Assembly (NCBI GenBank): GCA_030141605.1
Contig: JAQGDQ010000025.1
Span: 478,907-542,906, forward strand
DNA from: Tubiluchus corallicola
Taxonomy: Eukaryota; Animalia; Priapulida
DNA length: 64,000 bases
Direction of reading: 5' to 3'
This document shows, one piece after another, positions 53,901 to 64,000 of the stretch. The translations under genes were made by a program, and so were the position numbers. The notes under the pieces are model-generated. The model was not told the origin of the DNA, ran no database searches, and saw only the letters and a program-made list of their open reading frames with translations. The stretch's first letter is position 1. The number at the start of each line of letters is the position of its first letter.

Positions 53901-56900
53901 ATTTTCATCGTTTTCCCTGACTTTTTACCAAATTATCTTTTTCTTTGACATTTTCATGACTATCCAGGATAGTCTGTATTTTCAAGGATTTTCCAAGATT
54001 TTCCCTGACCCTGGAAACCCTGCAAAGGATTTTTTGTAGTTTTTTTTCACATGAAAAGCAAATCCTAGTGACTTTATTTACACAATTATTAAAAAATTTC
54101 CAAGAACACGTCACACAAATTCTTTCCTTCAAAACAATTACAGCAAGCTAAAAGACATTATATATTACTAGACTTGCAATACAATTTATTCTTCAACTGA
54201 AATTAAATAATTTGTTATTAAATTAAACTTTTTAAAAATTGGCTAAACCATCTATCCTAGAGGTATGGCTGAAGGAATGCTTGACTGGACTCCACAAATA
54301 ATTATTAATTTAACAGTGTAATTGGTCCAACCCTGTAATACAGCACATCAAAGCTTCCTCAACTTGTGTGAATATAGGAAGTTAATCTGTAAGTTCAATA
54401 TATTCCTCTTAGGAGCATTCCAATCCTAGTAAGCACTTTAGGAACTAAAATATTCTCAATAAAAACAAAACTTATCCTGTGTCACTAACAGTGTATTTAA
54501 AACTAATTAACCAAAACTGTACAGTGAAAAAATAAAGCATACTTTGTTAGATACCTAGAAACTATGAAATGCCATAATTATAATGCAATAGTTTGAATTC
54601 TGACATTATTTTAATATTTTGTTTTGAACTTGATGACCTTGCATCATTAAAGTAAAACATTCTTCACATGCAGTAGCAATACTATCAATAACACTTTAAC
54701 TGTGAGTACATAACCTTCATGAAATAATGAGCTAATTCTCCCATAGATGGCAGCAGGAGCTAACACACTAAGGAATAGTTAGTTCATTCATTTTTATCAG
54801 CGTTCATAGCTTATGGGAAAGAAATCTACATCTTGCAACAAAGAAAAACATTTGTAAAAAGTAAAAGTTTGTCAGATTTATCTTTAATTTACAAAACACA
54901 ATTTAAAACATGTACATTACTAACACACCACAAGTTCTTACTGCTCATATAGTTAAGTTATATAAACGTAAGAGAGGGTAACTACATCGGTGCCTATCTA
55001 CTTGCTTTCGGAGCTACGTAAAAGACCAGTGTGTCTTCCTCGCTCTGGGAAAAGTCCCCGGATCCAGGGTAGAAAGTACCGAGCTGTAACTGGCTTCAGC
55101 TTGATTAAAGAGCTGCTTAAGGCTGTGAAGCCCTTTTCCTGAGGGCAGAGCTGCAGCGTAGTCAGGTGTTCATCAAAGCACAGTTATGCAAGTGGCACAT
55201 TAAGTGCTAACATGATGGGGCTTATTCAAAAGACACCAAACTTTTGAACAACTGCAAAGTGGCAAGTGTGAACATATGAACAGGTAGGGCAGAAACAAAT
55301 TGATGTTTCAAACGTAAAACAAACTATATTTTGCAGGAATCTAATCCAAATACCAAAACTAATGCATTATGGGATCATATCAGCTACACGGAATGCATTA
55401 TTCCTAGTGAGCTTTTTATCAAACAGTCAAAGTACGGATCTGTAAGTGAAACTAGAAATGACCTAATAGTATTTCTGTAGTAAGCACAAGATTGCAGAAT
55501 TAGGCTAAATCAATAAGAAGCTAATTATAAATAAGCTATTTTTATATTAAAGTTGCCAAAACAGATAAACTCTTTTTAGTAAATCCAAGAGGGATTAGTT
55601 ACAAATACTAACAACATGCAAATATTTAGTAGATCATTTCTGGTTCTGCTGAAAGATCTGTACACTGACTGACTGATAATAAATATAGTAAGACTTATTC
55701 TTCCATATCGCTGGCCGTAAATGATAATATTGTGGTAATACTGAAAGTAAACCATTTAAAACAAGAATATATTCACTTTTAAAATCTCTCAAGTAACTTC
55801 ACTATTATTATTATTAATATTATTAATAAAAGTGATTTTTTTAAAAGCAATTGCAATAAAGACACCTGCAATTGAAAATGTTTAAATGAAGAAAAACCAA
55901 TCACTTAAAACTGGAAATCAGTTTAAAAAAGCTAGATGTCTGTAGTTGTTTAATTATTGTAAATAAAAAAACAATTATCAATGCTGTACAAAGGTGTATT
56001 ACAACAGTTTTTTGTTTCCTGCTGAAATAGGCAACTACTTTAATAACATTTAACAGTACTTTTCTTGTGAATCACAATTTGAGTGCAGGTGGTGTGTAAT
56101 TTGTGTCTATTGTCTAAGATGTGTTTCTCATGTATGTTGCTACTACCATTGTACAACTTTATTGCACGAACTGCACTAACTAAGAGCACTATTTGAGAAG
56201 AAATCTACATTAGTTCAATGACAAAAGCAAAATGATGCAACTCACCAGCGGTTGACGGTGCAGAATTTGTCAAGAAGCTATACTGGGAGCCTGAAGCTGA
56301 GGAAGACGCTAACAATACATCAACTGATTCTCCACAATCCAGTCTGTTCTCAGGCGTAAGCTTTACAAAATCCGATTCTATCAAACAAGCAAATTTCTGT
56401 TTAAATTTTGAAAATAAAAAAGGTTTATTTTCACGTCAAAATTTATTGCTCACACATGTCATTATAATTGCATGCACATTTTGCTTTTCTTTACAGCAAA
56501 GGAAAACACTTAATAAATAAAGCTTAAAAAAATTCGTCTTGAAATTTTGTATCACTTAAATACTGTCTTATTGCATAAAGATGTTGTGTCAGCAGTAAAT
56601 TTAAACTCCTGCGACGATCATTAGGCGCAGCCATTTTAACAGCAAGTCACTTAAAACAAGTTTAGATAACATTGAGCAAAGTTTGAAAAATAACCAGAGC
56701 ACCAGTTCCACATTCATCATTAACTAAGCAAAAGTTTAAATTTTTAAATTACTGTATATCGTCAGCCAATATTATTAAAATGAATAAGATGAGAAATATG
56801 ATCAATAATGCATTTCTTGGTGAATCAGTGGTGCACACTGGGATCGGCAAGGCAGTGCCGTTTTATCAGGTGGCATGTACATTTTAAATTATTAAGAATT

Positions 56901-59275
56901 ATCTGTTTCGATTACATAAGTCTTTCAAACAGTTAGGCGTAAAGCTAAGTTATCTTACTTTGTATGGAAGTGCTTTAGCATATACCTTAAAATTCCTTTT
57001 CTTTCCCTTTTTGTGTTATTTTGTAAAACTGAGGCAAAAACATATAATGCATATATAAATTCAAATGTATCACATGCTTTTATCGGGCCATAATAACATT
57101 TTTAAATCACAATTACTACCAGTATTTTTAGAGTTGGCACACTATGCCGACAAAAACTAATAATATGATGGTTATTCTAAATAAAAACTTGATAAGCAAA
57201 CGTGTTGATGACCACCCGGAAAATCTCTGAGCGATTTTATTTACCATACTGCTCCTGGCTATTTACCTTATTGGAGGAGGATGTACACACATCCATACTT
57301 GACTAAGACACCTCTGCTGGTTCAGTGTCTCATCTTAGTCCTAAAATGATCATTAGAAATGAGCTAGGCCAAGGTCTTGCCACAACAATCTGCCAGCCCG
57401 CTAAATGCCAGATGTTGGCTAGCAGGTGCAAACTAGTACAACAGATAAATGAACAAAAAAATTATAATTGTGAATCTGGACTTACTGTTTGGTACCAGCG
57501 GTTGATAATCTGCATCATTGGTTACGATTTTATCTATAATTACTATTACTACTACGTGTCTCATCACTATCATGTGAACAGTAAATTACAGAAAAAATCT
57601 TCGAGTCCAGCCTGAACTAGGAGGCCTAATAAATGCTAAAACTACCACAAAATGGCACATATGCTCGAACTGCACGTAATGAACATGTACATAATATTAT
57701 TACTTATAATTATTAAGGCAATTATACACATTGCAGCCCTTCAGATAAACATCTTTTATAACCACACGTTTTTTAGTAGCATATTTAGATATAATAGGTA
57801 GCTAGATTTTTAATTCTAGGTATTTAAGAAAATTACCTCCCGATTCACTATCACCAGTTTCTTCGGCTGCAATGTCAGCTTTTGTTTCACCACTATTAGT
57901 TGTTTCTGTGGGTGTCATTTGTGTTATATCTTCATCACAAAGGCTCTCTCCTAAACTCAGAACAATGTAGAATCAACCATACAGTCCTTTACATGTTGCC
58001 CTTATTCTAATATTAAACTTTATAATATACTGCAGTTTTACAGTGTACACAAATAACTATGATAATATAGTGCAAAAATTCAATGAAGACGTGCAGAAAT
58101 TGCAAACGTTCTATACTTAGAATTGTGAATACCTCTATAAAGACATAATAAAATGAATAGTAGTAAGCTATAAAGGTGCATGTAAACTTACTGTTTACCA
58201 ATTTGGTTACAGGATGACTGTATCTTACTATAAACAATTTTAAAGTATAAGAAATATATATATATATATATATATATATATCTTATAATTTAAAGTGTTT
58301 ATATATATATACTTTTGCATGCTATATATATATACTCAAATGATACTATATGGGTAATACTATAATTGTTTGAGTAAGTATAATTATGGCGAATTTCACT
58401 AAGCTTTACAACATATTAAATATGTTGTTAAATGAAGACATACTTGTAAAAACCAAAATGCATAATGCAAAAATACTAAACAGCATATGTGAACTTTCTT
58501 TGGATAATAGTAAATATTTGGATACCTGTAACTGCCTGAAAATTGACTAGTTCAGCTTCACGTGACATGGGTTCCTGTGACAATGAGCCTGAAAAACAAG
58601 GTACAGATTGCATGGTTCCACTTCCTGCTTTGCTTTCATTCCCACTTTTTTCACCCTGAAAAAATAACATTTAAGCTTAACTGGCTATGCCTATTCTGTA
58701 TTAACGTAAACATTTAAACTTGTAGTAGCTTGCAATGCCTAGCACAAGGGCACAATTAGCTTTGGAGCTCCCAAGTGCTGACTGGTCTACATGCTTTACT
58801 AGTAAAATGATACATGTAACGACTGCCTAGCAGCAACACACATCTGCAAAGAAATTCGCTAGTTTTGCAAATGCTGTGTAAAACCAACATGTGAAAATTA
58901 ATAGCTATTTGAAATAATATGAATTAATTTGCTAACTTTTATGTGCTTTCAAGTGTAAGACAAGTTAAGGAAAGCATTTTAGATTTGAGAACTCTTGCCT
59001 AAAGTTTTTACGCAAAAATATTCTTTAGATAAGCAAAGGGTAGTTCACAATCTCGATTATCAGATATAGTATTACAAAGTCAGAGATCACAAAAATCTTA
59101 CGTTAGACTCCTCAACGAGAACCCATTCACCATGTGAATTTTTGTCAGAAGAGTATTTCACTACACCAAGTGGATCAAGGTGAATGGAATCTGTGACATC
59201 CTCCCTGTCTGCATCATCTGGCTGAGAAAAAGGGTCGAGAGTTTGCAAGCAAACGAACTCTTCTTGTTTATCCAT
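44950..59275 (-). CDS. CCPG1/PBXIP1-like single-pass membrane protein (acidic N-terminus with LIR/FIR-like motifs, TM helix, coiled coil, acidic repeats, C-terminal W-x-F-x-R-A repeats)
   Basis: Exons 59102-59275 (..HGEWVLVEESN), 58526-58655, 57837-57950, 56246-56377 (ESDFVKL..SSSASGSQYSF), 52803-53060, 52548-52685 (TM: MFNILVLLCVLITALLILFGAAAVLTQIIVKLI), 50457-52100 (coiled coil + acidic repeats), 49510-49762, 48704-48945, 48172-48302, 46932-47528 (WVACQKRWW..C..LYKWQ), 45890-46014 (EWVFERAQDR..NWLFARAEER), 44950-45025 (EWLVQRSYYREKSRM*). The gene model is well supported by phase-consistent GT-AG sites; the family call rests on remembered short motifs and topology. Confidence 0.75.
53603..54022. 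mobile_element. Non-autonomous DNA transposon (CAGGGTT TIR, TTCCCTGAC subterminal repeats, 5-bp TSD)
   Basis: TIR CAGGGTTCC / GGAAACCCTG; repeated TTCCCTGAC-like motifs; flanked by CAAAG on both sides. Confidence 0.85.
54925..54966 (+). promoter_or_regulatory. Type-3 Pol III promoter of the RNase MRP RNA (TATA box plus candidate PSE)
   Basis: TATATAAA at 54959-54966, ~30 nt upstream of the P1 5' strand; upstream AAGTTCTTACTGCTCATATAG sits at roughly PSE spacing (the PSE identity is an inference). Confidence 0.6.
54989..55245 (+). ncRNA. RMRP: RNase MRP RNA
   Basis: CR-I GAAAAGTCCCC (55049-55059) pairs with CR-V GGGGCTTATTC (55217-55227) to form P4. MRP-specific P8 hairpin GGTA-GAAAG-TACC with a GARAR loop (55068-55080). 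CR-IV AGTTA (55182-55186). P1 GGTGCCT/AGACACC, P2 ACTTGC/GCAAGT, P3 CGGAGC..AAGAC/GTCTT..GCTCTG, P19 GCAC-ATTAA-GTGC. Length ~250 nt; ends in TTTT. Confidence 0.93.
55242..55245 (+). terminator. Pol III oligo-T terminator of the RNase MRP RNA
   Basis: TTTT 5 nt after the 3' strand of P1 (AGACACC, 55231-55237). Confidence 0.6.
56525..56890 (+). repeat. Dispersed repeat, copy A (homologous to 63260-63600)
   Basis: Shared blocks TCGTCTTGAAATTTTGTATCAC, CTGTCTTATTGCA, AAATTTAAACTC, AAGTTTAGATAAC, TATCAGGTGGCA in the same order. Confidence 0.8.
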
Positions 59276-59829
59276 GTTCCCTGCCCTATTTCAAATACAA
59301 TGAAAAATGAGAGTAAGAGTGATCACAAAAAATAATAAAATGAAACGTTCACAGTTTAATTCCATTTAAGTTCAGTAGTCAACTTCTCTCCACAGCCGTA
59401 ATCAAATAAAGTTACGATTACAAAATACCAAGTTAACTGACACAAATTGATTTGACCTACCCTACAAATTGCATAATGTACGAGTTTGCATACATGTCGA
59501 CTTGTTCTAATAAATTGCTAGGGTAGTCCTCAGTCAGTTTATAGAATAATTATGAACTCATATATAAAAACATTATGCTAAGACAACAGTTTTCTTGTCA
59601 AAGCTTACCATAGAAGTAAATAATTCAGTTAAGCCAAAACACAATGCATCAACCCCATCAACCAAAATCAGTCACTGTTCTCTTCTCATCTGACACCCTT
59701 GGGCTGTTGCCAAGGCTTGACGTGTCATTATAAAGCTGTTAGCCGTAAATCTGTTTCAACCAAAATAAATTTTGAACAAATTACAAAGTAGCTGCAAAAT
59801 TCGCCTTAACAGCTTCTTTAGTTTCCTGT

Positions 59830-60110
59830 ATGTATTGAAAGGAATTTTCTTTTTACGTTGAAATTTGTAAACAAAACGGATTTCTTTGCACAATTATTAC
59901 GCTACCAGACGTCAGTATGACATTTTGACGTAAATATTTACACGTGCACGTGCTTTCCAATCAGCCTATAAGCAAGTGACCAGTATGGGAATGTTCAAAA
60001 TTTCGTGACTGTGCAAGCATAAAGCTTAGAAAGGTGATTTTTCCCACAACTCTTAAGTAGAAGTTCGCGCTAGACGAAAGAAGATGCACGTGTTACGTAC
60101 CCCTAACTTA
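59830..60110. promoter_or_regulatory. Candidate bidirectional promoter between the CCPG1-like gene and the plus-strand gene
   Basis: Head-to-head gene arrangement; CpG-enriched patch with GACGTCA, TGACGTAA, CACGTGCACGTG, CCAATCAG and CACGTGTTACGTA. Confidence 0.5.
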
Positions 60111-62297
60111 AGATAGCTTAACTAATGATAATAATATGCATTAGTATTGATTGGTGGTGCGAAAGGGAGTTAAAAAATGAAACTGTTGCGATGCCAATGA
60201 ACACAATAATATAAATTATTGTTAAACATTTGCTCTGAACTTAACTGAGTCACTGCTAGAGTCGCAACTCCTGAAACCTTGCACCGATGCTACTGTTAGA
60301 AATGACATGACACTAAAGTTCTTTAACTTTGAAAAAAATATTTGAAGTTGAGCTTTTTTCATAATTAAATAAACCTAGATTAATTTATGACGATACGATT
60401 CATTTCTAGCGTCAATTATACTATTTTTAATAGGGTTTGAATATTATGACAACATTAATATCTGTTATGTAGCAAGGCTTTGTAGGAAGATCTGGTGCTT
60501 AAGATAAGCAGTCACAGTAAATATAATAATTTACATACTCAATAATAGTATGTGTGTATATGAACTAATGCATACATCATATGCCATAAGTGTCGCTTAG
60601 CTTGAACAGCTATGCATGCTTTAACCAGGTATTCATCAAGCTAATGACTGTATCGTACTTTATCATAGTCATGCTATTAATCGTGCTTTGTTAACTTATT
60701 GCACCAATTAATCTACAAACTTGTAATGTGCTTTCATAACAATGACCAACAAAGCAGCACTAACAGGCTAAAGGTTTGTAACTTCCTGCATTGATACATT
60801 ATAATTTTAACTGCTATAGGTGCCTGAAATCTCTATTGGATAGCAGTGTTATGTAAATGGTGCTGGTTAATGGCATTAAACTGCTGCTGATGTCACATAC
60901 GCTTGTGTATAAACACCAAAATTTTCCATAATTCCTTATATTTTTCCAAAGATACAGAGGTCTGAAAGTAACAAGTCAAAAAAATAAATAAATACAGGAA
61001 AAAAAAATTGTGTCACTATTGTTAACATTTACAGAAAATTTATCTGGTCCCAGAATTCGACAATTTTTATTAAATTAGTTTTTTTTACATCAAACGATTC
61101 TGTACTGTACGACTGCCATATACTTGCTCTGGAATATAAGATACCGTAGTTTATATGATTAAATTCCATTTTTTTCTTGAAATTAAATCTTTAGCAGTGC
61201 TTTATTTTCTAGACCATCATGTAAGCAGATTGATTTCTTTATTGTTTTGCTGCCACGTATTGAGTACTTTTATACGCCGATTGGTTATTTTTCAAGTGAT
61301 TAGCTGACATTGTTCCGGCATTTAACTTTTTAACATGCAAAATATTTCTGCCATAACTAAAAAATTAATAAAACTATAAACTTGTAATTTTCACAGCCAA
61401 AAGTCAATGTAGTATGTTATCATGCTGATGAATTTCCATTTTATAGAGCAATTCTCAAGTTATTTATTATAATCTAAACTTTGGCACATTTTTTCTACTT
61501 CAACCAGATATATTGACTACTTTGGGTAATTTAAATTACTTTATTTTGTTGTAATTTTTGGTTAGGCGGTTATCAGTCAAGCTACAATTATCCATAAATA
61601 ATAATAATAATATTATGTAGTTATACTGATGTAGATAGATTTATGTTAATTTATTAAAATCTAACCATTGTTTTTCTTTTGATGATTACTATCTTGTTTT
61701 TATACTAGCCCATATCTGTTAACCAATCAGTTTTTGAGTCATTACATTTGCATTTATTATTAATGTATATGTGATTGTAAATGTTTTCTTCAAATAAATG
61801 TTGTTAAAACTAACATGCTTTTATTATAAAGCTAGAATAATCATAAATTATGTAAACCTCTCACAAACTGCTACTACACCTTTTCGTAAAGCATTGTTAA
61901 ATATGCACTATTAATTTACTGAGATAAACTATAGACTTTATTTTTACACAATGTATTTCAAAAGGTTAACAATGAATTTTATTTTTGTACAATATATTTC
62001 AAAAGATTAACGATGTATTTCAAAACTTTGAATACTCTGGAAAATGGTGTAGTGTTGCTCAATTAGATGTTACTGTATTTAAATTATTAGGAATGCTTAT
62101 TATAAGTGTGGCTGCCACGTGACTGCTATGTGGTCTTTCATGATCCCATCTCATTGCAGTTGTAGTAATTTGTGCACAGTATATTGTTTTATATATAAGT
62201 ATGTGGAATGAGACAAACAAATTAAATCAAACCTAATATAATCTAATGTTCTTTTTACTGCTTTAGTAAATTACCGTATTTTTTTGACAGAAAGAAT

Positions 62298-63926
62298 ATG
62301 AAGTCATCTAAGCCAGAGTTTGACACAAACAAACGGAAACCAGCATATAAAGACTTTCTCAGATCATATAAGATACCGAAACTTAGCACACAGTGTGATA
62401 GTAAATCTGGAACACCTCCTTTGAGTAGCGTAGCAACAGATGCTGATGGAGCGAAAACAAAACTCTTACCAGTTGATGATGCAAAATTGACAGCTGATCA
62501 TGACAGCGAAATTGCGTTGTCAGATGATTCCAGCGAAGATGAGTTGGATGATATTGACATTACTTCACTGATGTCTTCAGTGTAAGTTTTCTTTAGCTTT
62601 TCGATGCTTGATTGCCTAAGTGTTAACACTGATTACTTGATAGCCTAAACACATTAAATTGTTAAATAATTAACAAGTTGCATTTTAATAGTTTAATGCA
62701 TATTATGAAGGAAACTACAATAAGTGATTTGCTTGTAGAAGGCTGTGGTTACAACTCTTCACATCTGAGTGTTTTGTTACATACTGTTTCTTTGTCAAAC
62801 ACGTGAAATTATCAACAAGAAAATGGGGTTATAATGAGCTACCTACCCTGTTGCTAGTCAAATTTTTTTATGCTGGGGGGTAAGAATATTGCACATACAG
62901 ATGGCTATAGTTGTCTTGTTTTAACAAAAAACGGGAGCCCATTTTGGGGAAAAATTGAGTTATTGCTATCAAGGCATTGGTAACACCGTGATGCATCTTA
63001 TCACTAAATTATTTTATGTTCTAAGATTATTAAACGAGTTAATAACAAATTAAAACACCTAATAAGCCCATTTTTTGCTAAACATTTTTAGGCACACCTA
63101 ATAAGTTCAGTAAACGTCTGTTTCAGCCAATCACCAGGCGCGTTGCAGTTATACAATCAAGATACGAAAACATCTGGATAAGCTACTCTATGCTTTGCTG
63201 GTGGTGGGTTAATATATGTAGCCCTATAATCACACCAGTTCATGCTGCTCTTGCAAAGCTAAAAAACATCGTCTTGAAATTTTGTATCACCTACAAGCTG
63301 TCTTATTGCACACAGAATTTGTATTAGCAGCAGCACTGTATAAAACTTTAAAATTTAAACTCTTTTGATGACCGTTACACGAGGTCGGTTCGAAAAAAGT
63401 TTAGATAACGTTGCATAAAGATTTAAAAAATGATCAGAACATTTGTAACATGCTTTTCACTAACTAAACAAAAGTATGAAATACTGATTGTTATCAACAA
63501 GATATTGTCAATATCATGATTTTTGGTGTGCCATTTTTAACACAAGCGGGAATCATGAGCCAGTGGTGTTCTATCAGGTGGCACAAGCATTTTAAGTTAC
63601 CAAAAGTTTTCTTTTCCGGTACATGTTCTTTAGGTATGCTTTTCAAACAAGAAATGCTAAGTAATATTACTTTGTAAGAAAAGTTTTTTGGGACATTCTT
63701 AAGAATCATTCCTCTTTAAATTACTTTTGGCTACTACAGTGTGAAAGAAAACCCAATATGAAGAAATATGCAAACTGCTTCAATTAAACACAAAACGTTA
63801 ATCAGTTTTTGCTTTTTTTAGTAACAGGCCTATCCCTCGCACACCAGAAAGAGTCAGGTCTATTCCAGAAGATGTCTCGTTACCAGTGGTGAATGTGACA
63901 GAGTTTTCTCCAAGAAAGACAAAAAG
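62298..63926 (+). CDS. 5' exons of an unidentified protein with a disordered N-terminus (YKIPK motif, acidic SDDSSEDELDD patch); continues beyond the window
   Basis: Acceptor ttttttgacag|62291, ATG 62298, donor GT|gtaagt after 62581; the next exon 63828-63926 (or 63822-63926) continues in frame (PIPRTPERVRSIPEDVSLPVVNVTEFSPRKTK) and ends at a gtatta donor. Confidence 0.75.
63260..63600 (+). repeat. Dispersed repeat, copy B (homologous to 56525-56890)
   Basis: Same colinear blocks as copy A. Confidence 0.8.
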
Positions 63927-64000
63927 GTATTACTATTGCACTAGAAATGTTGAGTTTTTTTATTTGCTATTGATAATTGCTGAAAATTGCCATCATGTTG

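Noticed and set aside
54989-55245. Nuclear RNase P RNA, or a coding exon of the host gene
   Set aside because: The GARAR P8 loop and GTCCCC/GGGGCT P4 are MRP-type; host exons join in phase without this segment.
57244-57341. Additional CCPG1-like exon
   Set aside because: Stops in all frames from the obvious acceptor, and the flanking exons join in phase without it.

Overview
AT-rich, intron-containing eukaryotic DNA, most likely a protostome invertebrate; no prokaryotic features. Five spliced protein-coding genes were reconstructed by hand from GT-AG sites and reading frames: (1) a nucleoplasmin-domain + FKBP nuclear PPIase (FKBP39/FKBP46-like; minus, 2747-16580); (2) an RPRD2-like CTD-interacting-domain protein (minus, 23749-33207); (3) chondroitin sulfate synthase (CHSY1/sqv-5-like; plus, 37043-41328); (4) a CCPG1/PBXIP1-like single-pass membrane protein (minus, 44950-59275); (5) the 5' end of an unidentified gene (plus, from 62298). 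The best signal not shown by the ORF track is a complete RNase MRP RNA gene (plus, ~54989-55245) with its own TATA box and T-run terminator, antisense inside an intron of gene 4. The rest is MITEs (hAT- and Tc1/pogo-like, several with target-site duplications), tRNA-derived SINE fragments, a CR1/L2 LINE fragment, a long foldback element and microsatellites. I found no convincing wholly new biological system. The most novel-looking leads are the 33-aa acidic repeat in the CCPG1-like protein, its uORF/bZIP-site-rich 5' region, and an inverted repeat covering a predicted branch point. All family assignments come from motif recognition, not database searches.
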